A DNA stretch of 63,691 nucleotides, counting the filler, from Reclinomonas americana ATCC 50394 (taxonomy: Eukaryota), in the NCBI GenBank assembly GCA_048213135.1. It is 7 parts of 5 records of this genome, joined end to end, with 100 filler letters (N's around TTAATTAATTAA, not from the genome) between each part and the next. Parts side by side here need not be neighbours in the genome. Positions count along the whole stretch, not along the records: positions 1 to 9,703 come from PS015529.1; positions 9,804 to 23,022 come from PS015531.1; 5 more parts are not named here. One strand, 5' to 3'. Under the pieces are notes generated by a model. The model saw nothing but the letters and a program-made list of their open reading frames with translations. It made no database searches and was not told the DNA's origin. Shown here in pieces: positions 1 through 11,416 of the stretch. The position numbers and the translations under genes were made by a program. Each line of letters begins with the position of its first letter. Position 1 is the first letter of the stretch.

Positions 1-8
1 TACTACTA

Positions 9-11
<3 letters not shown>

Positions 12-82
<71 letters not shown>
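12..82. repeat. (CT)n microsatellite, intronic
   Basis: Perfect CT dinucleotide run just upstream of the AG acceptor at 101-102. Confidence 0.95.
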
Positions 83-86
<4 letters not shown>

Positions 87-102
87 CATTGATTGTGTCC
101 AG

Positions 103-249
103 GATGATCTGGCTCGCGGCTTTGACGAGGCCACCTGCCCCAGCTGCTCACTGGTGATTCGCGTAATCTACGACAAGGAGGACTTTGCCACCACTGATGC
201 GTCATCATCACCGTCGACGCCATCCGCACCACCTCTGATCAAGGTATAA
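103..249 (+). CDS. DPH3: Diphthamide biosynthesis CSL zinc-finger protein, last exon (5' partial)
   Basis: After AG at 101-102 the exon reads DDLARGFDEATCPSCSLVIRVIYDKEDF...KV*, matching the DPH3/KTI11 'ATCPSCSLxIxVIYD' signature. Confidence 0.9.
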   Translation, partial: DDLARGFDEATCPSCSLVIRVIYDKEDFATTDASSSPSTPSAPPLIKV

Positions 250-272
250 AATTAAAAGTAGAAGTAGATGTT

Positions 273-1077
273 TCATGAAAGCAGTCGCAGCTCGCGTCGC
301 AGGTACACCTGCCGACACACCGGGCACTTGTGCGAGTGTGTCTGGCCACCGGGGAGCACCTGTTGCAGGTCGCGAGCGAGCATCGTGTGGGGAGTGGCGG
401 AGAAGCGTTCGAAGCCCGCAACGCACTTGGCGTGGAAGCAGTGGGAGCAGGAGAGCAGCGAGCAGGTGGCCGGCGATGCGTCGTCCACCAGCATTGGTTG
501 TAGGCATATGGCGCAGGTGTCGGAGTCGGCTTCGCCGTCGTGCAGTCGCGCCAGTGCCGTGCGGCGGCAGCGTTGCCAGTCGGATTCGGCCCACACCAGC
601 AGGCGANNNNNNNNNNNNNNNNNNNNAGGAGGAATCGAGCGCAAACTTGACACGTCGCATGCGCGGAGTCGCCTGTGGTCTCTTCTCAGTCTCCTCGTCC
701 TCATCCGTACAGGGCGGAGGCGGTGACTGCAGCTGTCGTCAGCATTCGGGACGGATTTTTCCTCACACACTGCGCGCTGCGCATCTCACCTTGTGATTCG
801 TCGCCGCAGCATCATCTGCTCCCGTCGCAAACAGTGAGCTGATGATCATGGTGCAGTCGCATGCAGACTCGGTGGTGGCGGAGGCGGAGGCAGTGGACGG
901 CGGCGGCGGAGTTGACTTGTTGGTGGGCTTTTTGCTCTTTTGCAAGTGCTCGAGTTGCTGCTGGTGTTGCTGACGCGGTGTGTGGATCTGCGACCAGGTG
1001 GGCGGTGGTAGTCGGCGATTGCGGTGATGTGAGTGCGAGGCCGAGGCGGTCACGGCGGTGGAGCTGAGCGATCCCAT
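273..1077 (-). CDS. RING-H2 finger protein, RNF32-like
   Basis: C-terminus CAICLQPM...LLSCSHCFHAKCVAGFERF...CPVCRQVY; low-complexity N-terminus; one GT-AG intron at about 727-789; internal 20-N gap; start codon uncertain. Confidence 0.7.
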
Positions 1078-2031
1078 TGTCTCCGCACACATACAGCAAA
1101 TGTTTTGAATAAATGCCGGCAGGACCAATCAATGGGCAATGGCGGTTGAGTGGCGAATTCTGTTTCGCACTCGTCGTGGTGCGAATGAACAGTCGAGGTG
1201 ACCAGTAGCTGTAACGCCACGCGAACCAATAGCAGACAGCGGGCGGGCGGGTGCGGGCCACTGGCCTCGCCGACGTTCAAATTTACGGCGCGCCGCGCGT
1301 GAACAAACCGGCCGCGGTGTGGTGGCGCGGCGGACACGCGTACGAAGGCGCGAGTGGCAAGGTCGACGGCTACCGGCTTTCACAAGAAAAAACATGCTGG
1401 CTGTGCGGTTCACCTGTTCAGCATCGCAGGGAACTGCAGCACTGGCTGTTGTCGCTTTGGTACGGCGATCGCGGCGGAATTCTCACTCGCGACGTTGCCA
1501 GACGTCGGAGATTTGCTTAAAAATATATGTTGTGTTTAGCTTTTGTTTCGGGAAATCTACTGCCGGTGTAGACAAGCTGCAGCAGTCAGCGGTCGTTGTG
1601 ATCTGCAGCTGCGGGGTGCCCGGCCAGCGGTCCACGGATCGCACGAGGACGGAACAGTGGGTCGTCCCGTTGTCCGGTGACAATTCGCTACTGCCACAGT
1701 GGCTGTTGGACCACGAATGCTAACTCGACGGAATATTGTCGGTGGGGGGCCAGTGGTCGCACAGAGTAGCGGCGAATAGGAGAGTCCACCCATCCATCGA
1801 TAATTAAGATCTCACCTCGCACGCCAAGGCTACTAGGTCGTATTCGCCGACAACTGCAGGATTATTGTAATTAATTGTCAACATGAAGGTCAGCCACCAC
1901 CCGGCCCTCCCCCCCCCTCCCCCTCGTCTCTCGCACCTTGCTCATCGTCCATCGCCTCCACGCAGCGCTTTCACTACCAGGTCGAGGACGAGTTTGCCGC
2001 AGCAGGCTTGCGCCTCGGCTCGCCACTGGAA

Positions 2032-4396
2032 ATGTCGCCGCTGGACGCGACACCGATGCTGGACAGCACGTGTGGTGAGTCGCCGCTGAGTGCGGCACCC
2101 CTCTCACCACCCCCCCTCTCACACACCACATGCAGATCACTTCTCGTCCTTGTCGGTGATGCTGGCCGACAGCGGACTGCTGCTCGACGGCGACGACGAC
2201 TTCTTTTCGCCCGTGATCGGAGCCGGCCCCTCCTCATCGTCTTCGCTGTCGATGGTGGCCACACCCGCCGCCGCCGGCTCCTCAGCCCTCCCCGGGTCAC
2301 TGCCAACCCCGCCCACGCTGGCTTCGTCGTCATCGACATCGTCATTGGTGGCCGCCGCCGCCGCCATGTCGCTGGCCCCGACGTCGTACATGGAGCCGGC
2401 TCACTTGGCATTCGAGCACTTTTCTCTCGACCTGTCGGGTCCTCCGTCGACACAGCAGTCAACACCACAGCCGCCAGCGCCGCCGCCGCCACCGCCATCA
2501 TCATCATCGGCAGCACCGACGACACACGTGCAGCAACACGGGGGCGACGAGTCCATGGATACAACAAAACATGGCCACAGCACCGCCCACCACCACCTCC
2601 AGCCACAGCATCATCACCATCAGTCGCAGTACGATCACCAGTATCAGCACCAATACCATCCCCATCAGTACCACCAACAACAACAACAACAACACACGTT
2701 CCACCATCATCCACCACCGCCTCCTACTGCAGCTTCACTCATTGTGCCGCCACTGCCGTCCACGGCATCCAGCTATGCGGCCACTGGCTCGCACAGCCCG
2801 TTGACGCCCCCAGAGTCCGAGTATGGCGATTTGTCAACACTGCCCACGCCAGTGCCGCTGCACCAGCGACATCGCACGTTTGGCGGCGGCGAGTCACTGC
2901 TGCCGTCGTCGCCGCACATGTCCAGTCCCTCGTCGCTGAACGGTCGAGAACTGCCACCGCACCATCGGCACCACCGCTCCCTCCACTTTCAGCAACACTC
3001 ATCCAACTCGCCAGCACCGCGACGACTCTCCTTCTCGTCAATGTGCTCGTCGACCACATCGCGTTCCACTGCGTCGCCGTGCAGCAGCCCGAGCGACCAG
3101 GATGACGCGTACGTGCCGTCGCCCACCTCACCTGGCTCCTCGCCTTCGTCGTCATCGTCGTACGGATCGGCGAGGAAAATGCGCCGCCTCAACAAGGACA
3201 GTCAGCTCGTGGTCAAGGCCACTGTGCCGACCTCTCGCGACGGCAACACCAAGGTCGAATACAAGGTGCGTGTGCAAGAACGATCCAAGATACAGGCCAA
3301 AAGATGACAGTCACTCACCTCGTTCTCCATCTCTCCCCCACGAGCAGACGAAGCGCTCGAGCGTGTGGGGCAACATGCCGCGTGAGCTGTCTGCGGCTCA
3401 CACCCACATGGTTCGCGTCTCCACCTTTCTCGGCTCGCACGTGCAGCACATGACTCCGTCGATGCGGTTCACGCTCCACATTGTCGACACACAAGAGGAT
3501 GCCACCGAGACCGAATTCAGCTCCGACGTCAACGATCCGTACCTGGGTGCCATCGAGTCCGACGGTGTGTTGCAGCCGTGCATGTCGAAAAAAGAGGCAG
3601 CACTCACTCACTGTTGACACTGACACTCCCTCCCTCTCTGCCTCTCTGTCGATCGCAGTGCTGCATGCGGTGAATTGCACTGTCCTCGGCGTCCAGGTGC
3701 AGAGCGGATGGGCCACGGTGGTCATGTGCTTCCGCCTGAAGAAGGAGCCGCGCACTCGGTGCCCACACAGTCGCTTCGCCATCATGGTGGAGGAGCCGGA
3801 GCTTGGCATTTTTGCGTGCACCATGACGCCCTCCTGCAAGCTGTACCAGAGGTGAGTGCTGCGACGAAACACACACACACACAAAAGAAAATGGGTGAAC
3901 TGTGCCTTACCGTGCTGAGCAACGTGGCAGACGCACCAGTTGCACGGAGCGAGTATATGAAATGACTGGCAAGCCCAACAATCAGTACGGCCACGGTCAC
4001 CATCAGCAGCTCCAGCATTACCATCACAGCCAGCAGCGCTACGTGCAGCACGCCCATCATCAGCGATCGCAGTCACACACACCACCACCTGTCCCGCCCA
4101 TGTCGGGCTTGCCGCCGCCGCCGCCACCACCACCACCACCACCGCCAATCGTCCACGCATCGCAGCAGCATGGACCACCACCGTCTGCGTTGCCACCGCA
4201 CATGCAGCAGCAGCAGCAGTACGGGCCACCACCGTCACAACACCTCCACTCACCGCAGCAGCCGGCACTGCGGCCGCACTCCCATCTCGCCAGCGAAACG
4301 TCGTTCTCGCAACAGCCAAGATACACCTCGATGTACTCCATGGACACGGAGATGAAGCGGTCGTTCCACCAGGCGCACCACTCGTTCCACGCATGA
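2032..4396 (+). CDS. Putative transcription factor: S/P/Q/H-rich arms flanking a globular beta-rich core (5 exons)
   Basis: Hand-spliced GT-AG introns give one continuous ORF; core ...HMVRVSTFLG...RFTLHIVDT...VVMCFRLKKEPRTRCPHSRFAIMVEE...CKLYQRR; basic RKMRR segment. Function is inference. Confidence 0.55.
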
Positions 4397-4550
4397 GTGC
4401 AGTGCACGTGTGTGCGGCACCCTTTCTTCTCGTGGTATAATTTTGTGGTGTGTGCGTGTGTAGGCGCGCGTGTGTTTTGTTGGCGTCAGTGTGAGTGAAA
4501 TGATCGACCAAGTTAGAGACGCAGCACGACAATTAACCGCACGGTGCGTG

Positions 4551-5959
4551 TTACTTTGGATAACCACCGAATATATAGCCCTTGTCCACCAGGCCCGGCC
4601 GACCCGTGTAGTCGCGCTCCAGTAACCTGACGCTCGCATTCGGCGGATTCGGCTCTGCCTCGAACCACTGTGCGCACAGTGAATACATCTGCGGCACCAG
4701 CGCACAGAAATACACACACACACACGCGCGCGCGCGTACCTCCGGAGTGTGATGGAACCACATCATGAGGAAGGCTCGAATCGACACACCATGCGCCACC
4801 ACCACCACGTCGGTGACACCACGACTGATGGCTTCGCGATGAAAGGTGCCAAACGCCAGCTGCACGCGACAGGCCACATCGAAGCGACTCTCTCCCATCG
4901 GTACACGCGCCCAGAATGCACCGCCGGCGCGACGGATCCTCTGATATCGCGCCCACTCGACCTACAAACAACGCGCGCCCCTCCTCAGTCAGCAGTAGCC
5001 ACTGCGTCGTCGTGATGCAACCACACATAGATTACCGGAAACATTTTCGCAGCACGCGAGAATCCCAGTCCCTCAAACAGACCAAAGTCTTGTTCCTGGC
5101 GCGTAGACAAGCGGAAAGAAACGTCAACGACAGGTGTGTGTGTGTGAACGAGGCGGCGAAGGAAACGCAACCACGAGAAGCGGATGATCACACATTTCGT
5201 GAATCACATTGGAGGCGCGATCCATGATGATGCGACCAGTATCGCGGGCCCTTTCGTACGACGAGCTCCACAGCTTGACTTTGCCAGTGGGTCCTCCACC
5301 AGTGGCTGCATAAGTGAGGAGGGTTGAAGATCACGCGAAACAGGGCGATGAACGAGTACACGAAAAGGGAGAGAGAGAGAGTACCGGCCAATTCGCGATA
5401 GTAATCAGCAATCACATCGCCCGCTCGCGCCGCCATGCGCTTCCCGCGCTCGTGCAGCGGGAGCGCATGATCCGGCAGTGTGTCCCACAGAGAGTGATCG
5501 ACGTTGCCGACAGAGAGGCCGTGTCGCACCAGCAAGATGCGCTCGACGGCCTTGTTGCCGGCGGGTCCCAGAGCCGGCGCTCCTGCTGCTGCGCCGCTGC
5601 CAGTGCGTAGCACAGAGTGACGTTGCAGTGCGCACGGTGGAACCCACACCTGAGAGAGAGAGAGAGAGAAGTGGGGATGAGAGTGAGAGGGAGGACTGTT
5701 CACTTTCTAACGTTCTCTTCTCAACTCCGTCTTTTCTCTGTCTCTTTCNNNNNNNNNNNNNNNNNNNNGAGAGAGAGAGAGAATGGGGATGAGAGTGAGA
5801 GGGAGGACTGTTCACTTTCTAACGTTCTCTTCTCAACTCCGCTTTTCTCTGTCTCTTTCTTTCCTCCTTTACTGCACAGGAGGTGCTGGAGAAAACTGTG
5901 TGTGTGTGTGTGTGTACCTTGTGATGCCTTGCAGGCGGTCGATCATCCTCGTCAGTCAT
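4551..5959 (-). CDS. Histidine phosphatase / phosphoglycerate mutase family protein (At74-like)
   Basis: ILLVRHGLSVGN (RHG motif), WSSSYERARDT, FGLFEG, GESRFDVACRV, VVVVAHGVSIRAF, PNPPNAS; multi-exon; start approximate. Confidence 0.85.
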
Positions 5960-6158
5960 GATGATGGTGGAGGAGTTGCTGAACGATGCACCAACATGTC
6001 GTCCCGGCCGATCACTGCCACATGGTGCGAGCAGAGGAGAGGTGGGCGAGTGAGGTAATCTGCCGAGCAGTCTCCGCGCCAGAAACATAGAGAGAGAAGA
6101 AGTGATCCGTGGTATGGAATCCGTTCGATCGACATGATGACGATGATGACTACATTCT

Positions 6159-7888
6159 TCACATGTGTGCCAGCGGGCTCCGCATGAGTGTGGCAAACTC
6201 GTCGAGGAATGCGCTCACGGCCTCAATGTCGACTGCGCGCTCGTCGAATGACACGTAGACTTGCACTTGTGAGCGTGGTGGGAGCAGCGCGCCGCTGACT
6301 GGATCCACATGCGGAACGCGTTGCATGCTGTGATTGAGGTGCATGAGAACTCTTGATCGCCAGTGGGAGAAGAGAGGACGGCGGCGACGAAAAAAAACAC
6401 GCACCTGCCGACCGAGAGCACGCCGACTTGTCCCGGAGGAATGACGGCCGTGTAGGAAAGAAGCGTCTGGGTGGCCTCCGACACGGAGAAGACGGCAGCA
6501 GCCGATGCCGCTGGTGGAGAGGAGGAGGAGGAGGAGGACGACAGCAGAGCCTGAATTTCGCCCGTGCTTCTCCGCGCTGCATTCTCAATCACCACTGGCG
6601 CACCAGAGCCGGCATTCGAGCGCACGGCCACGGTGGTTGATCCGAGCGTCTTGAATGCGGCCTCGGAGGCGAGGCACAGGGCGACCGCACGCGTGGCCAG
6701 TGTCAGCATGCTGAGTTGACCTACGTGCGCACAAATCAGCATGACGAGCACGTAAAGCGCTGGTGAAAAACGCACGCACCAGACGACACGAGTGCAGCAG
6801 TCGAGTTGCTCAGCGGCACCGTTCGATTCACATACGAGTGCGGCACCAGCACCTTGGCGGCGGCAGCGAGCGTTGCCGCCGCGACACGCGCTTCATCCAC
6901 TGGCACATCGCGAAAGGCCGCACGCGCAGGTGGCACCGGGTACGGCGGATACAAGCCGGCTGGCGCGGCAGCAGCAACAGGTGATGGCGCCTTGGCGGCG
7001 GCCGGCACCGCTGCCGACAATGGTCCACGCTTGGCAAAATCGAGCACATCGGCCTTGGTGATGTGCCCGCGCGGCCCCGTGGCACGAATGCTCGACAGGT
7101 CGAGGCCAAGCGACAAGGCAATGACCAGCGCGGCCGGCGACGCCTTGACGGAGGCAGGAGGATGAGCAGAATGAGCAGCGACAGGCTGCTGTCGAGGCGG
7201 TGGTGTGGCCGGCGACGATGCCGCCGGTGGCGGTGGTGGTGGTGATGATGGAGGAGGAGGAGGTGATGGCGCAGCAGCAGCAGGTGCATCAGTGCTTTCG
7301 ATATCATACTTTTTCCCGACCAACGCCGGCGTCTCCACCAGCACCGCAATGGGCGTACCCACATTCAAGTCCCGCGTCCCACTCTGCACCAGCAGCGCTC
7401 CCACATAGCCGTCCTCCGGGCTCTCAAAGTCAATCGTCGCCTTGTCGGTCTCCACCTCGGCCACCACACTGCCCGTGCTGACCTGATCTCCGACCTTGAA
7501 TGTGCGTGTGAGAGAGTGGGTGTGTGAGAGAGTGGGTGTGTGTGAGAGAGAGAGAGAGAGGCACAGACCTTGACTCGCCACGTTGCCAGGTTTCCCTGCG
7601 TCATTGTCGGCGACAATGCAGGCATGCGCAATGTGATGAAATCCTTGACCACTGTGAGTGCAAGAATCAGCGTCACATATGCACACACACGCATACATGC
7701 ACAGGGGAAACAGTACCATCACTGAATGCTCGTTGCTGCGCGTGTGTGTGTGTGTGTGCGTGTGTGAGTGATGACATGAGCGCCTTGTTCACCGCTCTTC
7801 TCTGTCTCTCCAGCCCGCGCGCAACTGTTGTTGTCAGTGGAAATGTGCGCAGAGGTGCCAGCAGGCTGCGCCGCCCGAGCAGCCACAT
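6159..7888 (-). CDS. Pyruvate dehydrogenase E2 paralogue with inactive core (E3-binding protein / protein X-like), mitochondrial
   Basis: Presequence MWLLGRRSLLAPLRTF; lipoyl domain MPALSPTMTQG...EVETDKAT; peripheral subunit-binding domain ASPAA...ATGPRGHITKADV; degenerate acyltransferase domain ending SFDERAVDI instead of DHRxxDG. Confidence 0.8.
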
Positions 7889-8131
7889 GTCACACACACA
7901 AAGGCGAAGAGAGAGGGAAGTGCATTCGGATCGCCAATCAATGGAGATAGACTACACACTACACACTCCGGCGACGACAACGCGCACGTTCTTCTGTGTG
8001 TGTGTGGTGAAAGAGAGGGAGCGAGAGGGGCAAGCGGGCGTCTGAGTGTGCAGCAGACGTGCGCGCGCGTGTGTGTGGAGTGTGTTGGCGGAGATTTCGC
8101 AGACACACTCTTGCACACACAGAGAGCATAG

Positions 8132-9703
8132 ATGTCCTCGCCTGCCAATGTGCCCGCGGCATCACCACCACTCAACTCTACAACGCCAACAACCACAACA
8201 ACCTCCCCGTATGCACCATTGATTGAGGTGAGTGTGCGTGTGTGTGTGTGTGACAAAAGATGAGAGGTCTGACTCGCTGTCTCTCCGCAGCTTCTTGTGC
8301 ATGGCGACAGCGACTTCCGCTACGGCGCCTCGGTGTGTCAACGAGGCAGCGAGGACGACTTGCGCGATTTGATGAATGTGTGTGACTACTACACTCAATC
8401 GCGCTTTGCGCCTCGTCATGCCTCGGGCGACATGCCGGCGCGAGTCAAGGGCGCTGCTGCTGGTGGTGCTGCTGGTGGTGGTGGTGGTGTTGGTGCCAGT
8501 GGAGACAGTCCGTCCACTTCTCCGCTGCTCACTGCGCTGCCGGTGGTGCCCTCGTCGCTCGCGGAGGAGTACTGGCAGTCGCAAAAGGCGCGACAGCAGC
8601 AGCAAGCTGGTGAGTGGATGTCGCGTGTTGTGTTGCTCTCTCTCTCCTTCTCTCCCACCACGGCTACTTATGTCTCTCTCGGCAGTGCCCATGACGCCCG
8701 GTCCGTTTCCAAATTATCAGCCATTTGCTGACGCCGGAAGCGGCAGTGGGGCGGCTCCGGTGGCCGCACCGGCGGCTGCGGCGGCTGTCTGTGACGAACC
8801 ACAGCCGCCATGGATGCTGGATATGTCGCTCAATCTCATTCACCACGTTATCCAGCGAGATCTGTCGTGGATCAAGCAGGGTGCGTGTGTGTGCACGCAT
8901 CTCGGGAAGTGTGTTGTGTTCGCTGATGGTCGTGTGCGCAGGCGATCGGGGTCAGATCAAGAACGCGCTGACGCTGCCGCGCAGCTACTCGATGCGAGTG
9001 ATTCACGCGTACCTGAGAAGGCACGGCAGCGAGTACATTAGAGTCGCGCTCAGTCTGCTGCCAGACATTCTGCGCTCGCCGGTGCGTGGTTTGATACGAG
9101 CGCCATCTAGTTGTACCTCACACTTGACGCGCTCACCACAACGCGTCACAGGAGTTTGTACAGGAACACCACATCCGGACGGTGCGCAGCTGCACACAAA
9201 AGGTGGTGCGACACATCACGCAGACTGTCGCACAAGTTCCGCTGTTGCGTGCATGCCAGCCTGTCGGTCGATGGCGGTGGCTTAGATTCCTCATCTGTGA
9301 ACACGACACACAGACCGCTGAAGAGAATATGTTATGTGATCTGCGATGCGGTGGAGGAGCACACTAAGGGCATGGGAATGCAGATGGTGGCCACATTCTT
9401 CTTTCAGAAGCTACTGTGCCCCGGCATTGTGAGCCCGGAGACGTTCGGGATTGTGAAGGGTACGCCGTGCATGTGTGTTTGGTGTGTGTGTGTCATGGCA
9501 GTGACCCATGTTCACGCTGGTGTGCACTCGTGCAGTGGACCCGCTACCGGCGGAGCAGCAAAAACTGGCGTCGATTGCCAAGAATGTTGGCAAGTTGGTC
9601 CTCGCCGATCCCGACGCCGACTCGACAGCCGTGCAGTGGATCCACACGTTTCTCTCCGAGGTCATGGTGAGTGGGGGTTGGCAGAGGCGAAGGAGGGGAT
9701 GAC
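8132..9703 (+). CDS. RasGAP-domain protein, divergent (3' partial)
   Basis: LTLPRSYS (arginine-finger-like), FFFQKLLCPGIVSPETFGIV (compare FLRFxCPAIxSP), LASIAKNVGKL; multi-exon; runs into a linker. Confidence 0.7.
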
Positions 9704-9803
9704 NNNNNNNNNNNNNNNNNNNNNNNNNNNNNNNNNNNNNNNNNNNNTTAATTAATTAANNNNNNNNNNNNNNNNNNNNNNNNNNNNNNNNNNNNNNNNN
9801 NNN
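9704..9803. other. Artificial contig-joining linker (N-TTAATTAATTAA-N)
   Basis: Spacer of about 100 nt with stops in all six frames; equivalent linkers at 23023-23122, 33706-33805, 41732-41830, 52008-52107 and 58624-58723. Confidence 0.97.
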
Positions 9804-10224
9804 ATCCGCGCGGTCATACGCCGCCGACACCAGCGCCGACACAACATCTAAGAGAGATGTGTGAATGAACTGCTCTCGCAGTTGCAATGCATGTGTGTGC
9901 ATGTGTGTGCGTGTGACTCAACTCTCCAGGTGCACTGGGCGACCGCCTGCGCTGCCTCCGGGGCCACTGCCGCCGCCACTTGTGCGTTTGCGATCGTCGC
10001 CGGATCCTCCGCCACCAAAGAAGCTGGTGGGTGAGGATGATGACGATGCCATTCTGCGCAAACACACACACACACATACACACAGAGTGTGAGTGACACA
10101 AGGCAGAGAGAGAGAGAGACAGAGAGGACTCCACGCGCTCAACACTTTGTTGTTTAGTTGTGTTGCTGCAATCAGTCGACCGGGTGCAATCATCCGTCTT
10201 AACGTTGTTGTGTTTGCGGCGACC

Positions 10225-10999
10225 ATGTTTGCTCGTTTTGCAGGTGCGTCTCACTGCTTTCCGCAGTTGCATGCAATGCGTGGTGTGCGCTTGTGTGTGT
10301 GCGCGCGCGCGTGTGTGTGTCTCGTTTGCTCATGTTGGATGTCGCACGCAATGGCCCACTCCACACGCTCAGTCTCGCGAATGGTTTGTGTGTGTGTGCG
10401 TGTGAGAGCGAGTGAGTATGATTGCATGCGCTCATTGTGCTTTTTGTTTGCAGGCGTTCTCGGCTGCGGCCGCAGTTTCGTTTGCAGAAAAGAGAGAGAG
10501 AGAGAGTTGTCTTTCGTTGCGCCATGTCCGCGTGCTCACTCGTTGGCTTTCGGTGTGCAGCCCAAGCCGCCAGTCAAGGTGGCGATCACTGGTGCCGCTG
10601 GTCAGATTGGCTACGCGCTGCTCCCGCGCATTGCCAGGTGCGTGTGAGAAAGAGAGAGAGACAAAAGAGAGAGTAACGGTGTGTGTTTGGCAACGATGAG
10701 AACTCTTGTGCGTGTGTGGCACGTGTGCTGTGCACGGTCCGCTTGAACGTCCCGTGTGAGTGACGATACCTAATCTTCTCTCTGAGCCTTTCTCTGCTTC
10801 TTCGTCTTCGCCTTGCATCTATGCGTGCGTGCATTGTGCATCAGTCGCTTACTGCATTGCGTTTTCGTTTTTTTGTAGCGGCCAGCTGCTGGGCGCTGAC
10901 CAGCCGGTCATCCTGCACTGCCTGGAGCGCGCTGAGGCCATGAACGCCATGCGCGGTGTCGAGATGGAGGTGCTCGACGGTGCCTACCCGCTGCTCCGC
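10225..10999 (+). CDS. Malate dehydrogenase, MDH1 (cytosolic-clade) type, with putative presequence (3' partial)
   Basis: Exons 10225-10243, 10373-10383, 10454-10474, 10561-10637, 10879-10999 give [56 protein letters not shown]...GVEMEVLDGAYPLLR; remainder lost at an N gap. Confidence 0.9.
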
Positions 11000-11416
11000 G
11001 TTGCGTCTTCCTCTGTCGTCGTCGTCGTCGCTGATCATCGTCGNNNNNNNNNNNNNNNNNNNNNNNNNNNNNNNNNNNNNNNNNNNNNNNNNNNNNNNNN
11101 NNNNNNNNNNNNNNNNNNNNNNNNNNNNNNNNNNNNNNNNNNNNNNNNNNNNNNNNNNNNNNNNNNNNNNNNNNNNNNNNNNNNNNNNNNNNNNNNNNNN
11201 NNNNNNNNNNNNNNNNNNNNNNNNNNNNNNNNNNNNNNNNNNNNNNNNNNNNNNNNNNNNNNNNNNNNNNNNNNNTGTCTGTCCCGTGACACGGTGAGTT
11301 GGGCAGATCGTTTTCTTTCGCGCCAACTCGGTGCAGTAACCCTTTGAAAAAATAATGCGATCTGCTATACTATCGTGTTTTACATCTACATGCATTCATC
11401 TCTCTTTTCGTTCTCT

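Noticed and set aside
1100..2000. Long intergenic region as a possible ncRNA locus
   Set aside because: I could not recognise any tRNA, snRNA or rRNA motif; an Infernal/Rfam scan would be needed.
5651..5860. Roughly 95-bp direct repeat flanking a 20-N gap
   Set aside because: Near-identical intron sequence on both sides of the gap next to a (GA)n run, most likely unmerged contig ends or haplotypes.
9748..9759. TTAATTAATTAA palindrome recurring six times between N runs
   Set aside because: Artificial six-frame-stop contig linker, not a biological repeat. Gene adjacency across linkers is generally not evidence of linkage.
10225..11347. MDH as a truncated pseudogene
   Set aside because: The truncation coincides with an N gap and the visible exons are intact.
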